This document shows, piece by piece, positions 20,052-30,029 of a stretch of 64,000 nt of DNA. Source of the DNA: a virus; the IMG/VR virus record IMGVR_UViG_3300042889_001061, positions 1 to 64,000 of that record. One strand, written 5' to 3'. Numbering within the stretch: the first letter of the stretch is position 1; every line of letters starts with the position of its first letter. Made by a program: the position numbers and the translations under genes. Under the pieces are notes generated by a model. The model made no database searches. It saw only the letters and a program-made list of their open reading frames with translations, and was not told the DNA's origin.

Positions 20052-21320
20052 ATGGCTATAGATTACAACGCAGTTGCAGACAGGATATTTGACCAACTTA
20101 AAGGCTTTGGGCATGACATTATCATCTTTGATGATAAAGGTCGACAAACCGCAAATGCTAAACAAGGCCGTAGTTTTTACAGTAAAGATCAAAAGTTTAC
20201 AGTAGAATTAGATCAAGATGACAATGTTATCAAATTTAAATACGGTACAAGTACAGACATGCCCCGGGTCAAAAAGTTAGTAGATACAATTGGTGCTATA
20301 GCAAAGAAATACCCTCCATTGGGATTAGATAGATTGCCGTACACCGGCAAAGAAATAGAATTAAAGGATGTAGAGAACATGGCAAAAGTCCAAGAGAGTT
20401 TAAGCCCAACAATGGGTTCGACTAAAACTAGTTACCAACAAACCGAAGGTGCTAAACTAATCATTAGACATAACACCGCTGTCAACGAAGAAGTTCGTGG
20501 CAGTCGTAGTCGCAACATCAGCGCATTGTTTATTGAAAACGCACAAGGTGAACGATTCAAATATCCGCACAATCACTTAACTGGTGCTCGTATTATGACT
20601 CAACACGTTGCCGAAGGCGGCACACCATATGATGAAGTCGGACAAAAAATTATTGGACTAAGTGAAGAACGCAATCAACTTTCACAGGTATCCAAGTACA
20701 TTAAAAGCCAAGGCCTGCAAGAACAAGCCGGTGATGTACAATTTGCTGTTACTCAACGTCTAAGCGAAATTAAAGGCCTATTGGGTAGATATAACCCGAC
20801 AAGATTTATGGAAGATAAATCACAGGCCGACGAAACAAATCTGGAAGCACTACAAGAAAAACTAACTAAAAACGTCTTTGACGAAAGCATTGGCACACTA
20901 TTACCAAAACTAAATGGCTATGTAAAACAATATCAACAACAAATGGAAGCAAAACAAGAACTCGAAACTCTAAAACAACAAGTAGAAGAATCAACATCAA
21001 TCCAAGTTAGTGCTATTCCAGATTTAGAAATGATGAGCATGATGGTCTACGAAAGCCCAACTATCAATACCACCGAACTAATCAACATGATTTTACCAGT
21101 GTTAGAAGACGAGGAAGTAAAAACTCGTTTAACTCGCGTATCCGAATATGTACGTGAAGGCAAATTGGATGCCATGGAAGTCGAAAACTTAACTCGTAGC
21201 ATTATTGGTAAGAGCGCAGTTAAAGAATCCAATTACAAAATTGTACATCAATTGAGTACAGTGGATCAAGTGTTTGAATCGGTTATGGCTAAGTTCACGT
21301 TAAAAGAAATACTGAAATAA
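20052..21320 (+). CDS. Conserved late protein, probably virion
   Basis: GTAAATA promoter; RSRNISALFIENAQGERFKYP motif. Confidence 0.6.
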   Translation: MAIDYNAVADRIFDQLKGFGHDIIIFDDKGRQTANAKQGRSFYSKDQKFTVELDQDDNVIKFKYGTSTDMPRVKKLVDTIGAIAKKYPPLGLDRLPYTGKEIELKDVENMAKVQESLSPTMGSTKTSYQQTEGAKLIIRHNTAVNEEVRGSRSRNISALFIENAQGERFKYPHNHLTGARIMTQHVAEGGTPYDEVGQKIIGLSEERNQLSQVSKYIKSQGLQEQAGDVQFAVTQRLSEIKGLLGRYNPTRFMEDKSQADETNLEALQEKLTKNVFDESIGTLLPKLNGYVKQYQQQMEAKQELETLKQQVEESTSIQVSAIPDLEMMSMMVYESPTINTTELINMILPVLEDEEVKTRLTRVSEYVREGKLDAMEVENLTRSIIGKSAVKESNYKIVHQLSTVDQVFESVMAKFTLKEILK

Positions 21321-21368
21321 GAATATAAATATTTTCAACAGCAATTCATCCAAAAGGAAAAATTGCTG

Positions 21369-21398
21369 TTGACATAGCACTTAATAGAGTGTTATAAT
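21369..21398 (+). promoter_or_regulatory. sigma70-type promoter of SSB operon (late TATAAATA also at 21324)
   Basis: TTGACA-18bp-TATAAT; -35 lies in one arm of a 12-bp inverted repeat (21335-46/21361-72). Confidence 0.7.
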
Positions 21399-21475
21399 TG
21401 TTCACAAGATGAGAGTATCTTGTGTTCCAGGCAACAAACTTTTTAACCCTGGCATTTTTAATAAGGAAAAACATT

Positions 21476-22489
21476 ATGGCAACTTCACTAGCAGAAATCC
21501 GCGCTCGCTTACTAGAGCAAGACACACGTCAAAGCGGCAACAACAATCGCTCACAGGGCGACAACGGAATTTTTCCGTTCTGGAATATCCCAGAAAATTC
21601 AACCACAGTACTACGCTTTCTCCCAGATGGAGATGAGACAAATACTTTCCCATGGCGTGAACGTCAAATGATCCGACTAGAATTCGCAGGAGTTCTAGGT
21701 GGAGATGAAAATAAGAAAGTAACTGTAACAGTTCCTTGTATGGAAATGTGGAAAGAGACTTGTCCTATCCACGCAGAGATTCGTCCTTGGTTCAAGGATA
21801 AGAGTCTGGAAGATCTTGGTCGTAAATATTGGAAGAAAAAATCTTATGTGTTCCAGGGCTTTGTAGTAGATACAAAGCTACAAGAAGATGCACAACCGGA
21901 AAATCCAATCCGTCGTTTGATTATCAACCCAAGTATCTTTAACATTGTTAAGGGTGCATTGATGGATCCAGAAATGGATAATCTGTTTACAGACTACGAA
22001 AACGGCACAGACTTCCGTCTAACAAAGACTACAAAAGGGCAATATGCAGACTATAGCACAAGTAGCTTTGCACGTAAAGAGCGTGGTTTGAACGAAGTAG
22101 AACTGCAAGCTATTGCAGATCACGGCTTGTTTACTTTAAATGACTTTATGCCTAAAAAGCCAACTAAAGAAGAAGTTGACGTCATTTATGATATGTTCAA
22201 AGCCAGCGTTGACGGCGAATTGTATGATCCCAAGCGTTGGGGTCAGCATTTTAAACCAGCAGGTGTAAACCTTGGTAACTTGGTGGCAGCATCAGATGTT
22301 GAAGCCGCAGAGTCAAGTTTCAAAGCACCAGCTCAGGCGGCTCGTCCTAGTCCTATAGCGGCAGCAAAGCCAGCAGTTGTAGATGACGAAGACGACGCAC
22401 CTTTTGAAGTTGCTGAAACAGCCGCACCAGAAGGCAAAAAGAATGTCAACGACATTCTTGCGATGATTCGTAATCGTCAACAAAAGTAA
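21476..22489 (+). CDS. Single-stranded DNA-binding protein (T4 gp32-like)
   Basis: LRFLPDGD, CMEMWKETCP, YWKKKSY, G.DFRL.K...YADY.S.F, acidic tail. Confidence 0.9.
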   Translation: MATSLAEIRARLLEQDTRQSGNNNRSQGDNGIFPFWNIPENSTTVLRFLPDGDETNTFPWRERQMIRLEFAGVLGGDENKKVTVTVPCMEMWKETCPIHAEIRPWFKDKSLEDLGRKYWKKKSYVFQGFVVDTKLQEDAQPENPIRRLIINPSIFNIVKGALMDPEMDNLFTDYENGTDFRLTKTTKGQYADYSTSSFARKERGLNEVELQAIADHGLFTLNDFMPKKPTKEEVDVIYDMFKASVDGELYDPKRWGQHFKPAGVNLGNLVAASDVEAAESSFKAPAQAARPSPIAAAKPAVVDDEDDAPFEVAETAAPEGKKNVNDILAMIRNRQQK

Positions 22490-22594
22490 ACACGGCCCGG
22501 GCCTCTGCGATAACTAACCGGTAAATGGTTATTGTATCGCCCGGGTTCTTCTATGCAGAAGAAACGTTTATTATCACAAAGTAGAGAGTATCCA

Positions 22595-23377
22595 ATGACA
22601 CTACCAGACGAAAGATATCGTGCTGTATTATGGGCAAGTAGATTCCTAGGCGAAGTTGCTCATGATAAGAAAAAGTATCCTAGAATTTCCAAAGAAGTTA
22701 GACGTGAGGCTTATAGCATACTGCGTCATTATCCCAGTGACTGGGATATGAAACGCATAGCGGATAAGGTACCCGAAGTCTTCCAAGAGAAAATGGAACC
22801 ATTAACAAAAATGATTATGACTTATAATCAAGAACAAAAGGAAAATGAAATGAAAAATATACCAAATGTAACTTTTGCCTTTAGACAAGGCGATGAAGAA
22901 CCTGAACAAGGTGGCTGTCCAATCGGTGGCGAGTTTGTTTTTAAAACAAGCAATGAGTTGTTTGCAAATAAACGTGTAGTAGTGTTTAGTCTCCCTGGAG
23001 CATTTACACCAACATGCAGTACATATCAACTGCCAGGATTTGAAGAACAATTCGAAGATTTCAAAGCGCAAGGCATTAATGAAATTTATTGTGTCAGCGT
23101 GAACGATGCGTTTGTTATGAACGAATGGGCCCGTGCCCTTAAAATTAAAAACGTTAAAGTTATTCCAGATGGCGCCGGCACGTTCACACAAGGTATGGAC
23201 ATGACAGTTGACATGAGTGCTATTGGTTTTGGCAAGCGCAGTCGTCGTTATGCGGCCATTATTGATAATGGTAACGTGGAACAAATGTTTGTAGAACCAG
23301 AATCGAGTGCCAGTGATCCTGATCCATATGGCGTTTCGAGTCCAGAAAACGTAATGAAATATCTACAAGGAGTATAA
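22595..23377 (+). CDS. Small helical domain fused in frame to a peroxiredoxin (Prx5/redoxin)
   Basis: MTLPDERYRA...LRHYP N-domain; from Met at 22850 LPGAFTPTCS, SVNDAFVM, DG.G.F, RSRRYA. Confidence 0.8.
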   Translation: MTLPDERYRAVLWASRFLGEVAHDKKKYPRISKEVRREAYSILRHYPSDWDMKRIADKVPEVFQEKMEPLTKMIMTYNQEQKENEMKNIPNVTFAFRQGDEEPEQGGCPIGGEFVFKTSNELFANKRVVVFSLPGAFTPTCSTYQLPGFEEQFEDFKAQGINEIYCVSVNDAFVMNEWARALKIKNVKVIPDGAGTFTQGMDMTVDMSAIGFGKRSRRYAAIIDNGNVEQMFVEPESSASDPDPYGVSSPENVMKYLQGV

Positions 23378-23378
23378 C

Positions 23379-24452
23379 ATGACAAAACCATTTGATGTAA
23401 GTAAATTTAGAAAAGAAATCACTAAGAGCATTGAAGGTCTTAGCATTGGTTTCAATGATCCTACAGATTGGATCAGTACAGGCAATTACACCTTAAACTA
23501 TTTGATCAGTGGCGACTTTTTCAAAGGTGTACCCATGGGCAAGGTCACTGTTTTTGCTGGAGAATCCGGTGCAGGTAAATCATATATCTGTTCGGGTAAT
23601 CTAGTTCGTCATGCACAAGAGCAGGGCATTTATGTTGTGCTTATTGATACAGAGAACGCACTGGATGAAGCATGGCTTCATGCACTTGGCGTAGATACAA
23701 GCGAACAAAAATTGTTAAAACTTAACATGGCCATGATTGATGATGTAGCTATGACTATTACAAAATTTGTAGCAGACTACAAAGCAATGGCAGAAGATTC
23801 TAGACCTAAGGTATTGTTTGTGGTAGACAGTTTAGGTATGTTGTTGACACCCACAGACGTTAATCAGTTCCAAGCAGGTGATATGAAAGGTGACATGGGT
23901 CGTAAGCCCAAAGCACTGACATCGCTGGTTCGTAACACAGTTAACATGTTTGGTAATCTAAACATTGGTATGGTATGTACTAACCACACATACGCAAGTC
24001 AGGACATGTTTGATCCGGACGATAAGATTTCTGGCGGTCAAGGTTTTATCTATGCAAGTTCTATTGTTGTTGCTATGCGTAAGTTGAAGTTGAAACTAGA
24101 CGAAGATGGCAATAAAACCACAACAGTTAATGGTATTCGTGCTAGTTGTAAAATCATGAAAACTCGTTATGCTAAACCGTTTGAAAGTGTACATGTTCAA
24201 ATTCCATACGCAACGGGTATGAGTCCTTACAGCGGATTGTTTGACTTGCTGGAAGAACGTGGCAGTTTGAAGCGTGAGGGCAACAGCTATCTTTATACAA
24301 CTAAAGAAGGCGAAGTCTTTAAAGCAATGCGTAAAGCATGGACCAATGAGCTTTTGGACAAAGTAATGGCAGACATCATGCTTAGAGATCTGACAGCAGA
24401 TGTAAATATAGCGGATACAACACCCTTAGAGGAGATTGAAGATGCTTCATGA
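23379..24452 (+). CDS. uvsX: RecA-like recombinase
   Basis: GESGAGKS, IDTENA, VVDSLG, TNHTY, SGGQG. Confidence 0.9.
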   Translation: MTKPFDVSKFRKEITKSIEGLSIGFNDPTDWISTGNYTLNYLISGDFFKGVPMGKVTVFAGESGAGKSYICSGNLVRHAQEQGIYVVLIDTENALDEAWLHALGVDTSEQKLLKLNMAMIDDVAMTITKFVADYKAMAEDSRPKVLFVVDSLGMLLTPTDVNQFQAGDMKGDMGRKPKALTSLVRNTVNMFGNLNIGMVCTNHTYASQDMFDPDDKISGGQGFIYASSIVVAMRKLKLKLDEDGNKTTTVNGIRASCKIMKTRYAKPFESVHVQIPYATGMSPYSGLFDLLEERGSLKREGNSYLYTTKEGEVFKAMRKAWTNELLDKVMADIMLRDLTADVNIADTTPLEEIEDAS

Positions 24453-24711
24453 TGAACAAGTTAATTTGATTGTGGACGTATGGGCCACTGTTAAGACTTA
24501 CATTGATAAGAAAGAACGCTATGATGCTGCCTGTGCATTACTGCGTAGTTTGGAAAATCACTATGAAATGGATAGTGTTGCAGAAGAACTTCTTGGTAAT
24601 GATTCTACATTAGATACAGTAATTAAAGACTTATATACTGCCAACGACATCGTCGATGACGACGATGACTACGAAGAAGATAATTACGATTCCGACCACG
24701 ACGAAGAATGA
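24436..24711 (+). CDS. Small acidic hypothetical protein
   Basis: Between uvsX and uvsY; Asp/Glu-rich tail. Confidence 0.6.
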   Translation: MKMLHDEQVNLIVDVWATVKTYIDKKERYDAACALLRSLENHYEMDSVAEELLGNDSTLDTVIKDLYTANDIVDDDDDYEEDNYDSDHDEE

Positions 24712-25169
24712 GTAATTGGTACAGACGTGTTACCGGCAACTTAGGCGAGTTGCCGGGTGCGATTGCCTACTACGAAGCTGAGTTACAAGATGCTAGAATA
24801 GAAACTAGTATTAAAGGTAACTTAGAATCTAACTCCAGACTTATGCCCGGAATAGTGGAACACAGATTTAACCAATTACAAGAAGTCGAAGCTATACTCG
24901 AATTCCTAAACATCCAACTAAGAAAAAAACGAAGTGAGATGTTTAGGAAGTATACTGAGAACTATAATAGAACACTCAGTGATCGTAGTGCGGACAAGTA
25001 TGTGGACGGCGACGACGAAGTAATTGAATGGCAAGTTCTTGTTAATGAGTTTGCTATGATCCGTAACAAATATCTCGGTATCATGAAAGCTATTGACACC
25101 AAGCAATGGCAAATTACTAATATTGTCAAACTCCGTGTAGCGGGTATGGACGATACAACTTTGGGTTAA
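24708..25169 (+). CDS. uvsY: Recombination mediator
   Basis: Helical; KYVDGD, KQWQITNIVKLR.AG; adjacent to uvsX. Confidence 0.75.
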   Translation: MSNWYRRVTGNLGELPGAIAYYEAELQDARIETSIKGNLESNSRLMPGIVEHRFNQLQEVEAILEFLNIQLRKKRSEMFRKYTENYNRTLSDRSADKYVDGDDEVIEWQVLVNEFAMIRNKYLGIMKAIDTKQWQITNIVKLRVAGMDDTTLG

Positions 25170-25224
25170 TTGACACAAATTGGATCCTTTGCTATAATAC
25201 ATACATAGAGAAACAAAAAGGAGT
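25166..25224 (+). repeat. Promoter-RBS repeat unit, copy 1
   Basis: TTAATTGACACAAATTGG...TGCTATAATACATACATAGA...AGGAGT, near-identical to 25447-25506. Confidence 0.85.
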
Positions 25225-25229
25225 CCAAA

Positions 25230-25454
25230 ATGGAACTAGCAATCGGAACTAAAATTGTTTATACAAGTGCCGCAGGTACCCGTAATGCAGAAGTAGTTGG
25301 TATCAAAATTACCCCTACAGCAAAGCCTGGATTTCTTAATACTTTTGTTACACTTTTAATACCCGTACAAACAGGTGTTAAATTTGAGAATAAAATTCAA
25401 ATCTGTGCTGACAATGCCAGCTTAAAAATGTTCAAAGTAGCAGTCATTAATTGA
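25230..25454 (+). CDS. Small early hypothetical protein
   Basis: 74 aa between the two promoter repeats, strong RBS. Confidence 0.65.
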   Translation: MELAIGTKIVYTSAAGTRNAEVVGIKITPTAKPGFLNTFVTLLIPVQTGVKFENKIQICADNASLKMFKVAVIN

Positions 25455-25506
25455 CACAAATTGGTTTCAGTGCTATAATACATACATAGATTAACAAAAC
25501 AGGAGT
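25447..25506 (+). repeat. Promoter-RBS repeat unit, copy 2
   Basis: TTGACA 25451, TATAAT 25474, AGGAGT 25501. Confidence 0.85.
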
Positions 25507-25512
25507 TTATAA

Positions 25513-26589
25513 ATGGCTAATGTAACTATTTTTGCAGGCGAGTATCGCGGCGTTAAAGTTCGTAACCAAACATTCCGCTTGGTGTCAGACGTTAAGTCTG
25601 GTAGCAAAGGTATGTATGTAACAGTTCAAGATGACGGCACCCTGGGTTATCCTGGTAAAGCCATTCGTGTTAAAGTTAAAACAATGGAGGATATCACAGT
25701 GAGTGGTCAAACTATTGCTGACATGACAGATAGTCAGCGCAACAAAGCAAATAAAGACGACAATGTCTTTTCTTTAGTAACTACTAAAGAGACAGAAGTG
25801 TACACAGAAACAGACGAGCAAGCTATTGAGCGCATCCGTGAACGCTTTGATATCCTAGACCAAATGGCAGAAGGCACCACAACAGGTGCAGTTCGTGCTA
25901 TGATTGTCAGCGGCCCTCCGGGCGTAGGTAAGAGCTACGGTGTTGAGAAGGTACTTGAGCAAGCCAGCTTGTTTGACAAAATGGCAAACCGCAAGAACCG
26001 TTTTGAAGTTGTCAAAGGTGCAATGTCAGCATTGGGTTTGTATGCCAAACTTTACAAGTTCTCAGATGAAGGCAACGTTCTAGTGTTTGACGACTGTGAC
26101 AGCATCTTGCTTGACGACTTGTCGTTGAACATTTTGAAAGCCGCACTAGACAGTTCTAAGAAACGTTATATTTCTTGGAACACTGACAGCAATATGTTGG
26201 GTCGTGAAGGCATTCCGGATCGTTTTGAATTTAAAGGTAGTGTGATTTTTATTACTAACATTAAGTTTGAGCACGTTCGCAGTAAGAAATTGAAAGACCA
26301 TTTGGATGCATTGGAAAGCCGTTGCCACTATTTGGACTTGACTATGGACACACAACGTGACAAGTTCCTGCGTATTAAACAAATTGTGCGTGACGGCATG
26401 TTGGACAGTTATGATTTTGAAGAGAATGCCGCACAAGAAATCGTAGACTATATGTGGGAAATGAAAAGCCGTTTGCGTGAGTTGTCTTTGCGTACAGTTT
26501 TGAAGATTGCAGACCTGCGTAAAATGTCAGAACATAATTGGAAACGTCTTGCAGAGACAACAATTTTAAAACGTGCAGAGGTGTGCTAA
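25513..26589 (+). CDS. AAA+/P-loop ATPase
   Basis: GPPGVGKS Walker A, LVFDDCD Walker B, FITN sensor, ALESR arginine finger. Confidence 0.85.
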   Translation: MANVTIFAGEYRGVKVRNQTFRLVSDVKSGSKGMYVTVQDDGTLGYPGKAIRVKVKTMEDITVSGQTIADMTDSQRNKANKDDNVFSLVTTKETEVYTETDEQAIERIRERFDILDQMAEGTTTGAVRAMIVSGPPGVGKSYGVEKVLEQASLFDKMANRKNRFEVVKGAMSALGLYAKLYKFSDEGNVLVFDDCDSILLDDLSLNILKAALDSSKKRYISWNTDSNMLGREGIPDRFEFKGSVIFITNIKFEHVRSKKLKDHLDALESRCHYLDLTMDTQRDKFLRIKQIVRDGMLDSYDFEENAAQEIVDYMWEMKSRLRELSLRTVLKIADLRKMSEHNWKRLAETTILKRAEVC

Positions 26590-26666
26590 ACTAAACAATG
26601 CCTAGTTAATTGATGTTAACTAGGCATTGTGCTATAATAACTTTTAAAACAACAAAGGGAATTCAA

Positions 26667-28754
26667 ATGAAATTCAAACCCACTCTCGTAGCAGTAGCAG
26701 TTTTGACATTGGCTGGAAGTGTGCAGGCTCAAACTCCTGCTCCACAGACTTATCTATCTCCAACTGGAAAACGTTATGAAAGCATTGAACAATATCAGAT
26801 TCAAACTGTATTAAACAGAGTTGGTGCCCCAGAAGCGTGGTCGCGTGGCTATACAGGTAAAGGAGTTAGCATAGCAATCATCGATAACGGATTTGACTTG
26901 GGAACATACGATTTAAAAGGGGCGGTTGGTAGCTATAAAAACTTTTATGTAGGTTCTATTAGTGCTGCCAACACTGGTTGGGGCGAGCATGGTACGGCAA
27001 TGTCAAGTATTGCCGCAGGCAGATATGGTGGTGACGTAGGTACAGTAGGTGTTGCATATGATGCGACCTTGCTACTTGCACAGGCAGGTCAGGGCGGCAG
27101 GATGCCTCAAATTGATGATGCCGCAGTTATTCGAGCATTAAACTGGGCTGGAGAAAATAAAGCAGTTGCAGTTAATATGAGCTTTAGTTCTGCCTTTAAT
27201 GTAGATTACGTTAAAGGTACTAAACGGATTGGCAATACTGATTTTTATCAAGGTAGCGCAACATCTAGTGCGATGTATGGAAAAGTAAACACATTAAAAA
27301 CATATTTTACATCAACTAATACAACTAGTGTTATTGTAGCCGCCGCTGGTAATCAAGGACTAGCGTATTCGGGCTATCCGGGTGCTTTTGCCACTGCTAC
27401 AAATGACAAAGGTGAATTGTTGTTTGGTGGTCGTTGGTTGATTGTTGGTGCAGTTGACGCCAACAACAATATTGCTTCTTATAGTAATCGTGCAGGTAGT
27501 ATCTGTACTAACGTGGTTGCAGGTGCATGTAAAGATCTATATAGTGTGAAAGATTTTTATGTTGTTGCTCCGGGAGGATCTTCACTAAAAGGTGACTTTG
27601 TCGCAGTAGCATATGATAAAAGCAAAGCGGCAGAAACTCTTGCCGGCGGTCTTGGTTCTGGTACAAGTCAAGCAACAGCGATTGTAACCGGCGGCATTGC
27701 AATTATTAAGCAAGCATGGCCACAGCTTAGTGCCGCACAGATTGTCCAGTTGGTTAAAACTACTGCCACTGACTTGGGTGCTAAAGGTGTAGATGAAGTT
27801 TATGGTTGGGGTATGGTTAATTTTGATAAAGCTACTCAGCCGCAGGGTTTGTTGAAGATTGCTAACTTTAAAGGATATGCATCTGCAACTCCGTTGTCAT
27901 CCACAGGTGTTGCGTCAAGCGGTAGTGCTAGTCTTAAAACGAGTAGTGTGCTGAAAAATGTACAAGGCTTGGACAGTTATAATCGCAACTATACATTGGA
28001 CATGACTCGGGTAGTTATTACTAATCCAGTGGCAACATATCGCAGTTCTAGTTCTTATTTGGCAATGAGTCCAGCAGGCTATAATGAAGTATCTACACCA
28101 GTAACTGAAAACTATAGCGTTAAGATGATGCAAAGTCAAACTGGTATTGCCAGTGAAGTTTCTTACAATGAACAAGGTGCTAGCTATAGTGTGCAGTTTG
28201 GTAGCATGACAGAGAAGTCGGGCTTCCTTGGTAACTATGGTACAGGTGCAATGGCATTTGGTGATAGTTCTACTAGTTACTTACAACTTGGTACCGAACA
28301 CAAGTTTGGTAGCGTAGCAGTATTTGGTAGTTACGGACTAGGTACTACTCGTGCAGGAAGTGTGCAAGACAGTATGATCCAACTTGGTAATCGTATTAGT
28401 AGTGACACATGGAGAATGGGTGTTGCTAAGAACAATGTCTTCCAAAATAAAGATGCTGTGAGCCTAAGTGTAGTTAGTCCTGTAAGTGTGCGAAATGGCT
28501 CGGCAACTGTTACAGGTGTAACTGGCTACGAGTTCACAGACAATGGTGATGGCGCAGATGCTCGGGCTATTGTTAGCACAGAGACTATCAACTTGCGAGC
28601 ACAAGTTAAGCCCATGGATTTGGTATTAGGTTATACTGTAATTGGTAAAGGCTACGACCGTGTAAACGTAAATGTTGCTAGACAGTTTAACGTAGGCGGT
28701 GTTGCAGGCAATACAGCTAACAGCATTGGTGTTATGGCAGTCAAGTCTTTCTAA
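26667..28754 (+). CDS. Secreted subtilisin-family (S8) protease with C-terminal beta-barrel-like domain
   Basis: Signal peptide; IAIIDNG, EHGTAM, AAGN, GTSQAT catalytic motifs; TDLG..GVD.VYGWG; amphipathic strands ending in terminal Phe. Confidence 0.85.
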   Translation: MKFKPTLVAVAVLTLAGSVQAQTPAPQTYLSPTGKRYESIEQYQIQTVLNRVGAPEAWSRGYTGKGVSIAIIDNGFDLGTYDLKGAVGSYKNFYVGSISAANTGWGEHGTAMSSIAAGRYGGDVGTVGVAYDATLLLAQAGQGGRMPQIDDAAVIRALNWAGENKAVAVNMSFSSAFNVDYVKGTKRIGNTDFYQGSATSSAMYGKVNTLKTYFTSTNTTSVIVAAAGNQGLAYSGYPGAFATATNDKGELLFGGRWLIVGAVDANNNIASYSNRAGSICTNVVAGACKDLYSVKDFYVVAPGGSSLKGDFVAVAYDKSKAAETLAGGLGSGTSQATAIVTGGIAIIKQAWPQLSAAQIVQLVKTTATDLGAKGVDEVYGWGMVNFDKATQPQGLLKIANFKGYASATPLSSTGVASSGSASLKTSSVLKNVQGLDSYNRNYTLDMTRVVITNPVATYRSSSSYLAMSPAGYNEVSTPVTENYSVKMMQSQTGIASEVSYNEQGASYSVQFGSMTEKSGFLGNYGTGAMAFGDSSTSYLQLGTEHKFGSVAVFGSYGLGTTRAGSVQDSMIQLGNRISSDTWRMGVAKNNVFQNKDAVSLSVVSPVSVRNGSATVTGVTGYEFTDNGDGADARAIVSTETINLRAQVKPMDLVLGYTVIGKGYDRVNVNVARQFNVGGVAGNTANSIGVMAVKSF

Positions 28755-28783
28755 TTGACAGCAATTAATTTTAATGTTATAAT
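28755..28783 (+). promoter_or_regulatory. sigma70-type promoter
   Basis: TTGACA-17bp-TATAAT immediately after TAA of the protease. Confidence 0.85.
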
Positions 28784-28876
28784 TACTGCATAGTGTAGAA
28801 TAAGCTACGCTATGCTTTATAGGTCGAGAATGACCGCAACCCTGGGCGAGTTTGCCCGCAAAAAGGAAATTTACTT

Positions 28877-30022
28877 ATGACAACAATTACCCACGCTCAA
28901 ACTATTAACGGGCGTTATCTAAAATCTACCAGCCATTTCGTTTCGTTACAACAACGTCTTGCAGATGCGCTGAAATCTTCTCCAGTATTCGTAAACATGC
29001 TAACTGCAATGGTAGACGAGTACAAACGTCGACATGCCAACTGGGCAAAGTTTTCCGACATGAAACTTTGTGAAGCAATTCAAGTTCCGATGGACAAAAT
29101 CCTAATTGATACTACAATGCAACGTAGTTTGAATCTCCGTCACGTCTTGAATATTCTACAGAACTTTAAAAGTAGTATGGTGATGGCAATTCAAGTGTAT
29201 GTAGACGAAAACAAACCTGGTTATTATATTGCATGGGAGGGTCAACATACTGCTATTGCTTTGCATATTATTCTAACAAAAGTATTTGGCGAGCAGACAG
29301 CTAACGCTATGATCCCAGTTGTGATTTACAATGTCAAACAGAAATTAGAAATTCGTCGTAACTTTATTTTGCTTAATGGCGATGCCAAAGAAGAATTAGA
29401 CTTTATTGACAAGTATATCCAAATGGTATTTGGTGTTAAGATTGATAAGGCGGATGACCAAGAATGGATTGACACAGCCCTTAAGAATGACTACTTTGCC
29501 GCCGCAGGATTGTTTGCCACACATAGTAAGTTCGGAGACGAAGACCAACCAGGCGCATTTACTTTGTTAGCTGATACTCTTATGAGCAAGAGCTTGAAGA
29601 CCCGCAAGCATCCAGAAGTTACTCGTATGTTTGCACAGTACTGGAGTTTCTTAAATCAACAACGTCCTGTAGAACCCAAGGAAGCTAGGCAGTTGTATGA
29701 GTACTTTAATTTGTGTTATGAGCAAAAGATCGTAGTTGATGATGCATACTTGTTGGACTTAGTAGCTTTTACTAAAGCTAACTTCGGAGCAGACTTTGGA
29801 CCCAATAGTCCATTCTGGGATAAAGTTAAAATGTCGTACGAATCGTGGTACTCCAAGGCTAATCCAGAATCATTTGCAGAGTTTGGTTTGAAAGGCTTTA
29901 CTACAGAAATGCGTACAGGTATTCCGTTTTTAATTGCACAACTTAAAAAGAGTACTAAATTAAAAGTGCCCGCATTTACTCCTAACAATGGCTTTACAGT
30001 TAACAAAAAGGACTTGTGGTAA
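28877..30022 (+). CDS. ParB/Srx-fold (DGQH-type) domain protein
   Basis: IDTTMQR.L...V..I..NF and YIAWEGQHT resemble the QR and DGQHR/T motifs. Confidence 0.55.
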   Translation: MTTITHAQTINGRYLKSTSHFVSLQQRLADALKSSPVFVNMLTAMVDEYKRRHANWAKFSDMKLCEAIQVPMDKILIDTTMQRSLNLRHVLNILQNFKSSMVMAIQVYVDENKPGYYIAWEGQHTAIALHIILTKVFGEQTANAMIPVVIYNVKQKLEIRRNFILLNGDAKEELDFIDKYIQMVFGVKIDKADDQEWIDTALKNDYFAAAGLFATHSKFGDEDQPGAFTLLADTLMSKSLKTRKHPEVTRMFAQYWSFLNQQRPVEPKEARQLYEYFNLCYEQKIVVDDAYLLDLVAFTKANFGADFGPNSPFWDKVKMSYESWYSKANPESFAEFGLKGFTTEMRTGIPFLIAQLKKSTKLKVPAFTPNNGFTVNKKDLW

Positions 30023-30029
30023 TATAACT

